A stretch of 32,000 bases of DNA from Ignicoccus pacificus DSM 13166. Its GTDB lineage: Archaea; Thermoproteota; Thermoprotei_A; Sulfolobales; Ignicoccaceae. The position numbers and the translations under genes are program-made. A model generated the notes under the pieces. The model searched no databases and was not told where the DNA came from. It saw only the letters and a list, made by a program, of their open reading frames with translations. The stretch covers positions 300,001 through 332,000 of the forward strand of contig CP006868.1 of assembly GCA_025340205.1 (NCBI GenBank). The letters are read 5' to 3'. Positions within the stretch are counted from its first letter, which is position 1, and every line of letters starts with the position of its first letter. Below are positions 8,597 to 17,795 of the stretch, piece by piece.

Positions 8597-8962
8597 CTTA
8601 CAAGCCCTCAGAGCTTTCTTGAGCCTCTCATCGAACGTGAGCAACTTAGCTCCTTCTCTTAAAGTAAGTTCTACGTAGGAGGCGTCGTAGCAGGTTATGC
8701 CACACTTCAAGCTAACCTTCAAGCACGGAACGTCCCTTACCGTCCATCTTTTCAAGAGCCTCTCGAAGAGTTCCCAGCCCCTCAGAGCCTCTTCTTCCTT
8801 GATCTCCCCTCTGCTCACTCTCTTCCAGAACAAGTTACCTATCTCGTACCTTGCTAATGAAGGAACGACGATGTCTTTTCCTAAGAGCCTCTCGACGAGC
8901 TCAGATCCCCCTTCCGGGAAGAAGAGCTTTGCTATGGCAGAAGCGCCGAGGACTACCTTCAC
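8576..8962 (-). CDS. PIN-domain VapC-like toxin with Asp-to-Gly change at first active-site position
   Basis: MKVVLGASAIAKLFFPEGG..., YDASYVELTLREGAKLLTFDERLKKAL; overlaps the upstream VapB-like gene by 4 bp. Confidence 0.88.
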   Translation of the reverse strand: MKVVLGASAIAKLFFPEGGSELVERLLGKDIVVPSLARYEIGNLFWKRVSRGEIKEEEALRGWELFERLLKRWTVRDVPCLKVSLKCGITCYDASYVELTLREGAKLLTFDERLKKALRACKLDRVLL

Positions 8963-9183
8963 CTAGAATCCCTCACCTCCCTTATGAGGGCTTCCGAGGG
9001 AACTATCTTCCTTCCTTGAAGGGAGCTTCGGAAGGCCTTGAGCTCCTCCATTACCTTCTTCTCTTCCTCCTCCTTCACCCTTTGTTCGAGGAACCTCCTC
9101 ACCTCCTCGGCCCAGTTGACGTTCATCTTTTCCATCTTTTCCTTAAGTTCCTTTGGTATTCTTACGCTGAACACAACGCTCAA
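8959..9183 (-). CDS. VapB-like ribbon-helix-helix antitoxin
   Basis: MSVVFSVRIPKELKEKMEKMNVNWAEEVRRFLEQRV; directly upstream of the vapC-like gene. Confidence 0.85.
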   Translation of the reverse strand: MSVVFSVRIPKELKEKMEKMNVNWAEEVRRFLEQRVKEEEEKKVMEELKAFRSSLQGRKIVPSEALIREVRDSR

Positions 9184-9216
9184 GGCACTCCCTGTCTACG
9201 GTTACGTAGACAAGGC

Positions 9217-9960
9217 TTAAGTTCCTACCCTGAGAACTCCGCCTTTAGCTATCTCCTTTATAGTTCTCAATACTGATAGTATGGCCAAGTAGCTCGTCTT
9301 GGGATTGTAGGGACTTGGCACGTTCTCGACTCTTATGAAGACGTTGCTGGCTTTTGATATTACCTCTATTTGGTGTATGTTTCTGTCAACCTTTGGATCG
9401 GCTACCACCCTCACTTTAACCGGAGCTCCGGAGGCGAGCTTCAAGGTGGCTACTACGTTTACGTTAAAGGGGAACTTCTTTACAGCCTCCTCCGCGCTTC
9501 CCTCGAACAGGACCTTCTCCTCCGATGTCTCCACTCCTAAGGACTTAGGATTCTTCCTCACCGTTATCCTGACTTCATCTATCCCAACCTCCCTCAAGGC
9601 CTTGATAGCGTCTATCCCAGCGATCGCCCCGGAAGGAACGTAAACCTTGTGCCCGCTCTCCTCAGCCACCTTGATCAGCTTCTCTCTGAGCTCTTCGTTT
9701 ATCAGAGCTCCAACGCTTAGCACTAGGAGGTCGGCTCTCTTGACGGCCTCGAGCCCTAGCTCCTCTACCGCCTTCGGACTTGCCGCTTCCACTATTAGGT
9801 CACAGCCGCTTTCGAACATCTCTATTGGATCCTCGAAGAAGCAGTTTTCACACAGCTCCTTGCACTTCTCCGGGTGCCTATCGTAAAAGACGAGCTCCTC
9901 CTCGAGCTTTTCCTTCAATACCCTAGCCACGTTCCCGCATCCTATCACGCATATCTTCAT
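9217..9960 (-). CDS. nadX: L-aspartate dehydrogenase (NadX-like)
   Basis: N-terminal Rossmann MKICVIGCGNVARVL; EAASPKAVEELG, VPSGAIAGIDAIKAL, RKNPKSLG; overlaps nadC by 4 bp. Confidence 0.88.
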   Translation of the reverse strand: MKICVIGCGNVARVLKEKLEEELVFYDRHPEKCKELCENCFFEDPIEMFESGCDLIVEAASPKAVEELGLEAVKRADLLVLSVGALINEELREKLIKVAEESGHKVYVPSGAIAGIDAIKALREVGIDEVRITVRKNPKSLGVETSEEKVLFEGSAEEAVKKFPFNVNVVATLKLASGAPVKVRVVADPKVDRNIHQIEVISKASNVFIRVENVPSPYNPKTSYLAILSVLRTIKEIAKGGVLRVGT

Positions 9961-10787
9961 CGTGCGTACCTCATGCTAAGGTCAACGCGGGGCGGGCTTA
10001 TTGTTAGGTACCCCATGCTCACCACGTCCACACACTCGTTCAAGTATTCAATTACGTTCTCCTTGTTTATGCCCCCGCTAACTTCGATTACTACCTCGCT
10101 TCTCCTCCTCTTCAGCTCGCAAGCGGCGCTCTTGGCCTCTTCTGGAGGGAAGTTGTCAAGCATTATTACGTCAGCGTAAGGGAGCACTTCCAAGGCCTCT
10201 TCTAAGCTCCTCACCTCCACCTCTAACTTATGAGCAAAACTCTTCCTAGAGTGGGCCCTCTTAACTGCCTCCAGAAGGCCTCCAGAGGCCTCCGCATGCG
10301 TATCCTTGATCATCAGCATGTCGCTCAAAGAGAGCCTGTGAGTGTCAGCTCCGGCACACGAGGCGAAGAGCTTGGCCCACAGCCTCATTCCGGGTACCGT
10401 CTTCCTAGTAACAGCTAACCTTACCTTTTCAAATCCCTTTTCGTTCAAGTACTCTCTAACCCTTCTCACCTCGGTTGAGATGCTAAGCACGTGGATCAAG
10501 AAGTTGAGGAGGGTCCTTTCTAGGACCAATATCTCCTTCGCGTCGCCTTTGATTCTGATAAAGGGGCCCTTAATCCATCCCTCCTTAACGAACGTTACCT
10601 CTATCCCCATCCTCGAGAGGGCGTCCTTCACCAATTCCAAGTTACAAGCGTAGACCTCGCTCTTGGCAACTATCTCAAACTCCTTCCTCCCGATATCCCC
10701 CAACGCATAAGTCGTTAGGTCGTAGAGCGGTACGTCTTCTTTTAACCACGAAAGGAGGTCCTCCTTTAGTCTTTCGCCTAGATACAT
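9957..10787 (-). CDS. nadC: nicotinate-nucleotide pyrophosphorylase (quinolinate phosphoribosyltransferase)
   Basis: LLNFLIHVLSISTEVRR, TRKTVPGMRLWAK, LSDMLMIKDTHAEASGG, DVIMLDNFPPEEAK, EVSGGINKENV. Confidence 0.93.
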   Translation of the reverse strand: MYLGERLKEDLLSWLKEDVPLYDLTTYALGDIGRKEFEIVAKSEVYACNLELVKDALSRMGIEVTFVKEGWIKGPFIRIKGDAKEILVLERTLLNFLIHVLSISTEVRRVREYLNEKGFEKVRLAVTRKTVPGMRLWAKLFASCAGADTHRLSLSDMLMIKDTHAEASGGLLEAVKRAHSRKSFAHKLEVEVRSLEEALEVLPYADVIMLDNFPPEEAKSAACELKRRRSEVVIEVSGGINKENVIEYLNECVDVVSMGYLTISPPRVDLSMRYAR

Positions 10788-10846
10788 CTTGGATTACCGA
10801 GAAAGAAGATAAGAGCGCCGGTAAAGCCCTTCATAGGAGAGGGAGC

Positions 10847-11857
10847 ATGGTGGACCTAACCACTATAGCGGCAGTAGGAGCTTCCTTGGCAGCGCTGTTC
10901 GGACTGATACTACTAGTCTACAACTTCGTCGCCATAAATCCCAACTTAGGAGCTCTTACCAGTACCACCAAGGACTTGAACATCTCGCTAAATCAATTGA
11001 AGAGTAACCTCACCTTAATCCAGAATGACTTGCAGAAGCTTTTGAATGTAGCTGAGAACAAGCTCAACAGAAGGATAGGAGAGGTCGGGAAGAAGATAAC
11101 GTCACTCAACCAGACCTTGAACAGAGTGTTCAGCAGGTTCGAGGAGGGCACAAAGAAGCTGGAGCTGAGGTTGAGGGACTTGGAGCTTTATCTTACTCAG
11201 TTTAACAAAACCCTAGTCGAAATATACGACGAGGTCTACAACGTCAGAACACTTGTTATAAACAATACCAAGGCCTTAAACAGCACGATCGTCAATGAGA
11301 CGCTGAAGACTCAGAGGCTAATCGAGATGGAAACTAAGGATCTCATGAGGAAGGTTGAGTCCCTATATCAGAACTTAACCAACACAATTGAGGAAGGCAA
11401 CCTCCAAGTAATTCAAAACATGACCAAGCTAATAGATAGGTATCAAACGAAGATGGACGAGAAGGTTAAGGAATTGGGAGCCCTCCTCAAGAAGCTGGAT
11501 CTCCAGCTACAATCGCTCAACGCCACCCAAGCACAGCTAAACGAAGCCTTGACCTCCCTCTCTGCCAAGTTGCTTCAGCTCAATGTAGAGCTGAAGCAGT
11601 TGAACAAGCTCAACAACGACTTAAAGAACGCTATCGACGAACTGAAGTCTACTATCAACGATCTCAAGACTTACATTAAGGTGCAGATGCAAGACATGAA
11701 GAGCTACATACAGAACACTAGGACCGAACTTCTAAACCAGATAAACGCTAAGTACAGCAACCTGCAAGGCCAGATAAACACCTTGATGATGCTTCAGCTA
11801 ATACCAGCGCTTACCTTGCTGATTTCAATAGCTATCCTCTACTTCACCTTGACCTAA
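10847..11857 (+). CDS. long coiled-coil protein with a TM helix at each end
   Basis: TM at N-terminus (IAAVGASLAALFGLILLVYNFVA), about 270 residues of heptad-rich rod, TM at C-terminus (LMMLQLIPALTLLISIAILYFTL). Confidence 0.8.
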   Translation: MVDLTTIAAVGASLAALFGLILLVYNFVAINPNLGALTSTTKDLNISLNQLKSNLTLIQNDLQKLLNVAENKLNRRIGEVGKKITSLNQTLNRVFSRFEEGTKKLELRLRDLELYLTQFNKTLVEIYDEVYNVRTLVINNTKALNSTIVNETLKTQRLIEMETKDLMRKVESLYQNLTNTIEEGNLQVIQNMTKLIDRYQTKMDEKVKELGALLKKLDLQLQSLNATQAQLNEALTSLSAKLLQLNVELKQLNKLNNDLKNAIDELKSTINDLKTYIKVQMQDMKSYIQNTRTELLNQINAKYSNLQGQINTLMMLQLIPALTLLISIAILYFTLT

Positions 11858-11915
11858 GGCGTTTTTTCTATCCTATAAGCAAGTAAGGTCTAAGAGATCT
11901 CTCCCCTCTACTTAT

Positions 11916-12632
11916 GTGGGGCTCATCTTGGACGAAAGGGATCTACTAAAAATGATTCTGACGCCGATACTCGAAAGAGCCAAGGAGGACAGGATGCAGA
12001 GCGAGGACGATAGGGAAGACGTGGTACACGTCTCCAAGCTGAGTAGAGGGTGCGTAAAGTTCAAGGAAAATAGACTCTTCGAAGACGACGTGGACACGTT
12101 TATAGAATCTTTGTTAAAGGGTGAGAACAACAGCATCTCGTGGCTTTTGGGACAGCTGGTTCACGCAAGCATAGAGGGGCTTACCGACCATAAGGTAATA
12201 GACGGATGTCAGCTCATTGCAGAGAAGGAAGTGTTCAAGAAGGTGAGGATATCTTGTCCTCCTCATGAGGTTACTGTAGTAGGTCACGTAGACCTCTACG
12301 CCTCTTGTCCCCAAGGAGACTTCGCCGTAGAGCTCAAGTACAGGGGAGGGGGAGAGTTAGGTCTGAGAAGTCTCTACCAAACCAAGGTGTACTCAGCTGC
12401 CCTGGGCGTACCAGTGTACATAATTATAATAACTCCAGAAAAGGTTAAGGTGGAGAAAGTAGAGGCAGATGAGGCCTTCCTTCAAGACATAGTCGACCGC
12501 TTCAAGTGCAAGGGATTGATAGAGGAGATAGTGTTCAACCCCGACGCGAGGCCATGTAACAACTGCGCGCTAAGAGAGCAATGCGACGTGTGGAAGAGGA
12601 CGGTAAGCGTGCTCCTCTCGAAGATATCTTAA
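11916..12632 (+). CDS. Cas4-like PD-(D/E)XK nuclease with Fe-S cysteine cluster
   Basis: GTG start; SRGC..., VVGHVDLY, FAVELKYRGG, SLYQTKVYSAAL (QxxxY) and PCNNCALREQC. Confidence 0.8.
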   Translation: MGLILDERDLLKMILTPILERAKEDRMQSEDDREDVVHVSKLSRGCVKFKENRLFEDDVDTFIESLLKGENNSISWLLGQLVHASIEGLTDHKVIDGCQLIAEKEVFKKVRISCPPHEVTVVGHVDLYASCPQGDFAVELKYRGGGELGLRSLYQTKVYSAALGVPVYIIIITPEKVKVEKVEADEAFLQDIVDRFKCKGLIEEIVFNPDARPCNNCALREQCDVWKRTVSVLLSKIS

Positions 12633-12664
12633 GAGCCTCTGAGGAGAGGAGGTGGTGAGTCGCT

Positions 12665-12850
12665 TTGGTAACCAACATAACCCAGACGGTAACTCAAACG
12701 ATAACCAATACGGTCACCGGTACCGTAATAAGCATCTGTGCCTCTAACGAAGCTATGTTCGTCGGCATGGCTATTGCCGTAGCGGTCGCCACCCTCTTGG
12801 GGGTGTTCGTGGGAACTTACGCTTGCAAGCGATTGAGGTGTAAGAGGTGA
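12665..12850 (+). CDS. 61 aa single-TM protein with a Thr/Val-repeat ectodomain
   Basis: TTG start with GGAGGTGGTGA upstream; VTNITQTVTQTITNTVTGTV then TM AMFVGMAIAVAVATLLGVFVGTY then CKRLRCKR; 4 bp GTGA overlap with dph5. Confidence 0.65.
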   Translation: MVTNITQTVTQTITNTVTGTVISICASNEAMFVGMAIAVAVATLLGVFVGTYACKRLRCKR

Positions 12851-13596
12851 GGTTCTCCCTCGTGGGAGCGGGGCTTAGGTGTGAGCAAGTTACCGAGGAG
12901 GCTTGGGAGGAGATAAGAAAGAGAAAGGAGGTCTTCGTAGACGTTTATACTAGCCTCTACCCAGGAGGACTCCTCAACTGCGTTAAGAAGGTAAGAGAAG
13001 ATGCGAAAGAAGCTCATAGGGATTTGCTTGAAGGGGATTTCCTAAAGGGAAGGAATGACGTAGCTCTGGTCGTTCCTGGAGATCCCTTCGCCGCCACGAC
13101 CCACGTTTCGCTCTACGTCGAGGCGAGGAAGAGGGGTTATGATGTCAAGCTGATTCCCGGCATCTCCGCGCTCCAAGTCGCTAGGACGAAGTCCGGCCTC
13201 TCTCAGTACCGTTTCGGAAGGGTGGTTACCATGATGTATCCGAGGGAAGGGATATCCTTCTCCGAGTCAGTTTACTATGCGATAAAGGATAACGATTCCT
13301 TAAACTTGCACACGATAGTCCTCCTAGAGACAGGTTATGATAGGAGCATGACGGCTCCGGAGGCGGCCAAGCTCTTAATAGAGGAGGCTAGGAGGAAAGG
13401 GGATCCCATGGATGATAGGATGGTAATAGTAATGGCAAGGCTCTGTTGGGACAATGAGATAATAGAAGCTATGACGCTGAAGGAAGCTAGCGAAGGGGAC
13501 TTCGGACCCCCTCCCCATTTAATGGTAATTCCTTCTCCAAAGCTCCACCCGATGGAGGAGGAGTTCCTAGAAACGCTTAAGAGTTCAAAGCCTTAA
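12847..13596 (+). CDS. dph5: diphthine synthase
   Basis: VFVDVYTSLYPGG, ALVVPGDPFAATTHVSLYVEARKRG, KLIPGISALQVARTKSGLSQYRFGRVVTM. Confidence 0.93.
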   Translation: MRFSLVGAGLRCEQVTEEAWEEIRKRKEVFVDVYTSLYPGGLLNCVKKVREDAKEAHRDLLEGDFLKGRNDVALVVPGDPFAATTHVSLYVEARKRGYDVKLIPGISALQVARTKSGLSQYRFGRVVTMMYPREGISFSESVYYAIKDNDSLNLHTIVLLETGYDRSMTAPEAAKLLIEEARRKGDPMDDRMVIVMARLCWDNEIIEAMTLKEASEGDFGPPPHLMVIPSPKLHPMEEEFLETLKSSKP

Positions 13597-14140
13597 GGTT
13601 GAGCTCGTAGGCCTTCGGCCACATCTCCTTGAGCACTTCCTCCACCTCCTCCTTGCCGAAGAAGCCCTCGAAAACCCCTTCCTTCAACGCCCTTCCGAGG
13701 AGGACTATGTTCGCTACCCTAGCGTTCCCAAGCTCCAACGCCCTTTGAGTGGCGTTTACAGTTACGACTTTAATTCCGTTCATAGCCTTCAATATCTCGT
13801 CTCTAGTGGGGACTTGAACGTCTGGAAGAGAGGGAGGAAGCAAGTAATCGTTTACTATCGCAGTAGCTCCTCCCCTCAAGTAATCAGAATACCTCAAAGC
13901 TTCAATTAGTTCCATTGAGAGCATCAAATCTCCTTCACCTTTGGGAATCAGAGGGGCACTCACCTCCCCAAGCCTCACGTGCACTATCACCGTTCCGCCC
14001 CTCTGGCTTAACCCATGGGTCTCCGCTACAACGACCGGAGTCCCAGCCTTGAGCGAGGCCTTAGCGATTATGTTTGCTAACGTGATTAGGCCTTGGCCCC
14101 CAACGCCGCTAATAACTACGTTCAGCTTCACCCCTACCAC
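13577..14140 (-). CDS. iorB: indolepyruvate ferredoxin oxidoreductase, beta subunit
   Basis: VVISGVGGQGLITLANIIAKA, VAETHGLSQRGGTVIVHVRLG. Confidence 0.93.
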   Translation of the reverse strand: MVGVKLNVVISGVGGQGLITLANIIAKASLKAGTPVVVAETHGLSQRGGTVIVHVRLGEVSAPLIPKGEGDLMLSMELIEALRYSDYLRGGATAIVNDYLLPPSLPDVQVPTRDEILKAMNGIKVVTVNATQRALELGNARVANIVLLGRALKEGVFEGFFGKEEVEEVLKEMWPKAYELNLKALNS

Positions 14141-16134
14141 CTCGGCTTAGCGGTTCTGAGGAGCTGGTCCCACTCGGGGACCCTCTCCTTTATCACGAAG
14201 GCCCCGAAGGGACAAATCTGTTCACACTGGCCGCATCCGACGCAGAGTGAGGGATCGATCCAAGCCTTTCCATCTTCCTTCTTTATTATAGCTGGACAGT
14301 TGAAGGCCTTGTAGCATATTCCGCAAGCGGTGCACTTGCTCTCCTCCACGTAGTACTGGGGAACCTTGATTCCCTTCCTTCTGGCGTGAGCTAAGGCTAC
14401 CAAGGAGCAAGCGCCCTTAGCTATCACCACTGCGGGTTTCCTCTGCTCTATTACGTACTTAATTGCTTCCAAGGTCTTCTCCTCTGAATCCTTTATTGAG
14501 AAAGCGTCCGCTACCAGAACCTTCTCAACTCCTATTCCCTTCACCACACTCTCCATGTCTATCTCCTTCGCCGGCCTTCCTCCGGCCCCTATCCCCACTC
14601 CCGGATGGGGCTGGTGGCCGGTCATCGCGGTGGTATAGTTATCTAGAATTATCGTGAGCAAGGGGGCTTGGTTGTAGACCACGTTTATTAATGAGGTAAC
14701 TCCGCTATGGTAAAAGGTGGAGTCGCCTATTATGGCTATGATTAACCTCTTAGGATCCTCTCTAAACGCTTGAGCCATTCCTCCTCCGGCCCCTATGCTG
14801 GCTCCCATGTCTATGATAATGTCTTGAACCTCGAAAGGTGGAGTAATTCCCAAGCTGTAGCATCCTATATCGCCGCTGTATATTGGCTCAACTCTAGCCT
14901 TGTTCACAGCCCTCTTCAAGGCGTAGAAGTACGAGCGGTAAGGGCATCCGGGGCAGAGGACCGGAGGCCTTGGGGGGAGCTTTGGTACTTCCCTTACCTT
15001 AGGCCTTTCCACCTCCATTCCGTAAGTCCTCCCTATGGCCTCCCTGACCTCCGCTAGGTCCAACTCCCCGTACCTTCTCAGAGTTCCATCCATCTTTCCG
15101 AATATCTCAGTCTTCGATCCCCTCTTCTGGGCCTCCTCTCTTAGCTGAGCTTCTACTACGGGCTCTCCTTCCTCTATCACTATAACTTTATCGTGCTCTA
15201 AGGCCTTCTCTATGACCCTATCGGGAAGGGGAACGGGAGTGCTTATCCCTATTAACGTAACCGGGATTTCCAAGTCCTTTACCGCCTCCTTGGCATATAC
15301 GTAACCTATCCCACTTGCGAGAACGGCTATTTCCCCGGATCCCTCGACCGAATTCAAGGGAAAGTCAGAAAGCTCTCCCTTAACCTCTTCCCAGAACCTG
15401 AGGAGTTCAACTCTATGCCTTCTAGCGAACTCGGGAATAAGGGTCCACTTAGATGGATCCCTTCTGAAACGAGGTTCTGCCTTAAGCTCCTCTAAGTTTA
15501 TCTTACCTAAGGTGATTGGAGCTCTGCTGTGAGCGATTCTAGTGGTAATTCTGAAGAGGAAGGGTCTCTTCAGAGCGTAGCTCCACTCGAGGGCGAGCCT
15601 AGCTGCTTCCTTCGCCTCTTGAACTCCTCTGGGCTCTATTACCGGAACGAACGCGTGAAGGCCATAGATTCTGTTATCTTGCTCGTTTTGACTGCTCCAC
15701 ATCCAAGGATCGTCAGCTGATACAACTACCAGCGCTCCGTCAACTCCCAAGTAGGCCGAGCTGAAGAAGGGGTCAGCGGCTACGTTCAGACCTACGTGCT
15801 TCATGCCGGTGAAGGCCTTTAGGCCGGAGATGGCAGCTCCCAGAGCGGCCTCCAAGGCGACCTTCTCGTTGGTGCTCCACTCCACGTAGGGAACTCCCTT
15901 CTTGCTCGCAAAGTAGGACAGGGCCTCAGTTATCTCCGTGCTGGGAGTTCCTGGGTATGCGGAAGCGAACTGGAGGCCTCCTTCTAGGAGCCCCCTAGCT
16001 ATAGCGGCGTTTCCCAGCATGATTTCGGTTTTTCCCTCCTCACTGAGCACCTCCGAGTACTTGGGCAAGGTAGCACCTAAGCTCCCTCTCCTAGTCCACA
16101 AGTATTTGTCTTTCTTGATTAGGCGTTCAAGCAC
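14134..16134 (-). CDS. iorA: indolepyruvate ferredoxin oxidoreductase, alpha subunit
   Basis: MLGNAAIARGLLEGGLQFASAYPGTPSTEI, LCPGCPYRSYFYAL, GDIGCYSLG, IIGDSTFYHSG, C-terminal ferredoxin clusters CTACGICYKAFNCP and CVGCGQCEQICP. Confidence 0.95.
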   Translation of the reverse strand: MLERLIKKDKYLWTRRGSLGATLPKYSEVLSEEGKTEIMLGNAAIARGLLEGGLQFASAYPGTPSTEITEALSYFASKKGVPYVEWSTNEKVALEAALGAAISGLKAFTGMKHVGLNVAADPFFSSAYLGVDGALVVVSADDPWMWSSQNEQDNRIYGLHAFVPVIEPRGVQEAKEAARLALEWSYALKRPFLFRITTRIAHSRAPITLGKINLEELKAEPRFRRDPSKWTLIPEFARRHRVELLRFWEEVKGELSDFPLNSVEGSGEIAVLASGIGYVYAKEAVKDLEIPVTLIGISTPVPLPDRVIEKALEHDKVIVIEEGEPVVEAQLREEAQKRGSKTEIFGKMDGTLRRYGELDLAEVREAIGRTYGMEVERPKVREVPKLPPRPPVLCPGCPYRSYFYALKRAVNKARVEPIYSGDIGCYSLGITPPFEVQDIIIDMGASIGAGGGMAQAFREDPKRLIIAIIGDSTFYHSGVTSLINVVYNQAPLLTIILDNYTTAMTGHQPHPGVGIGAGGRPAKEIDMESVVKGIGVEKVLVADAFSIKDSEEKTLEAIKYVIEQRKPAVVIAKGACSLVALAHARRKGIKVPQYYVEESKCTACGICYKAFNCPAIIKKEDGKAWIDPSLCVGCGQCEQICPFGAFVIKERVPEWDQLLRTAKPRW

Positions 16135-16191
16135 GAAAGCGCCGCAGATCCTTTAATAACAGCCTTCTTCACGAAGGGTCGGGAAAGCCTA

Positions 16192-17616
16192 TTGGACGCT
16201 AAGATAGGGCTCGAAGTGCACGTTCAGCTGACGGCTCTAAAGACCAAGCTCTTCTGCTCTTGCCCCAGCGATTACAGGGACAAGCCCCCGAACACTAACG
16301 TCTGCCCCGTTTGCTTGGGAATGCCCGGAGCCCTCCCCCTTCTCAACGAAAGGGCCATTGATATGGCTATATCCTTATGCTTAGCATTAAATGGTAAGGT
16401 GAGCGAGAAGGTAGTCTTTGCAAGAAAGCACTACTTCTACCCGGACCTCCCCAAGGGCTTCCAGATATCGCAGTACACTGCCTTAGGATCTTCTCCCGTC
16501 TGCATAGGAGGTCAAGTGAAGATAAACGTTGATGGAAAGGATAAAGTGATCAGGATAAGGAGAATTCAAATAGAGGAGGATCCGGGAAGGCTCGTCTGGC
16601 CCCAAGGCTTCAGCTCCAAGTACGTTCTCGTGGACTACAATAGATCCGGAATAGCGCTCATGGAGATAGTAACGGAGCCTGACATGAGTTCTCCCAAGGA
16701 GGCAAGGGCCTTCTTGGAGAAGCTCAGGAGCATCTTGGAACACCTAGGAATTTGCGACTGTTCCCTGGAGGGATCGATGAGAGCTGACGCCAACGTCAGC
16801 GTGCCTGGAGGGGAGAGGGTAGAGGTGAAGAACATAGGTTCTCCGAAGGACGTGGAGAAGGCCTTAACCTTCGAAATCGTAAGGCAGTCTACGATAATCA
16901 AGCAAGGAGGGAAGGTGGCCAGAGAGACGAGGCACTGGGACGCCGGAAAGAGGGTAACCATAGCTTCCAGATCCAAGGAGGAGGAGGCGGATTACAGATA
17001 CATGCCGGAGCCGAACATCCCTCCTACCCTCATTTCTCCCGAAAGGGTCCAGAGGATAAGGGAGAGCTTACCAGAGCTCCCCGACGAGAGGGCCCGGAGG
17101 TTTGTGAGGGAATACGGATTGAGCGAGTACTTGGCTAAGGTCCTCACCTCTTCCAAGGCTCTAGCTGATACATTCGAGGAAGTAGCTAGGGCTGTGGGAG
17201 ACTATCAAAGGGTAGCTAACTTCCTAGTAGTCGAATATCTCAGAAGGGTCAAGGAATTCAACTTAGAACTGGGAGAAGGTCTAAAGGCGGAGCATTTGAA
17301 AGAGCTCTTCCAGCTTATTGACTCCGGCAAGATAACGCTAAACCAAGCGAAGGAGGTGGTCTTCCCTGAAATGCTCCTAAGCGGAAAGCCTCCGAGCGAG
17401 ATAGCGAAGGAGAAGGGACTCTTCGTGGTGAGGGATGAGGAGAAGCTGAGGGAGGTGATAAGGGAAGTTATGGAAAAGAACCCTAAAGCGGTAGAGGATG
17501 CCAAGAAGAGTAAGAAGGCGATAAACTTCCTAGTAGGGCAAGTGATGAAGGCGACCAGAGGAAAGGCGGATCCGAAGCTGGTGAGGAAGTTAATAGAGGA
17601 AATGCTCTCTTCTTGA
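16192..17616 (+). CDS. gatB: aspartyl/glutamyl-tRNA amidotransferase subunit B
   Basis: TTG start; IGLEVHVQLTALKTKLFCSCPSDY, CPVCLGMPGALPLLN, KHYFYPDLPKGFQISQY, YRYMPEPNIPP. Confidence 0.95.
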   Translation: MDAKIGLEVHVQLTALKTKLFCSCPSDYRDKPPNTNVCPVCLGMPGALPLLNERAIDMAISLCLALNGKVSEKVVFARKHYFYPDLPKGFQISQYTALGSSPVCIGGQVKINVDGKDKVIRIRRIQIEEDPGRLVWPQGFSSKYVLVDYNRSGIALMEIVTEPDMSSPKEARAFLEKLRSILEHLGICDCSLEGSMRADANVSVPGGERVEVKNIGSPKDVEKALTFEIVRQSTIIKQGGKVARETRHWDAGKRVTIASRSKEEEADYRYMPEPNIPPTLISPERVQRIRESLPELPDERARRFVREYGLSEYLAKVLTSSKALADTFEEVARAVGDYQRVANFLVVEYLRRVKEFNLELGEGLKAEHLKELFQLIDSGKITLNQAKEVVFPEMLLSGKPPSEIAKEKGLFVVRDEEKLREVIREVMEKNPKAVEDAKKSKKAINFLVGQVMKATRGKADPKLVRKLIEEMLSS

Positions 17617-17795
17617 GCCCTTACTGTATAATCTGTGTTTTGTCTCTAAGTTAAACTCCTTGGACAATGAACGTAACTGAGCCAGTTAGGAGGGTTAATG
17701 TAAAGACCTTGAGCTGAGGACTTCCCTTCCCTTTTATTTCCAGATTAGTCGCTTGAACCCCTCTACATTTAACGAGCTTCAAGCATTTCCATAGG

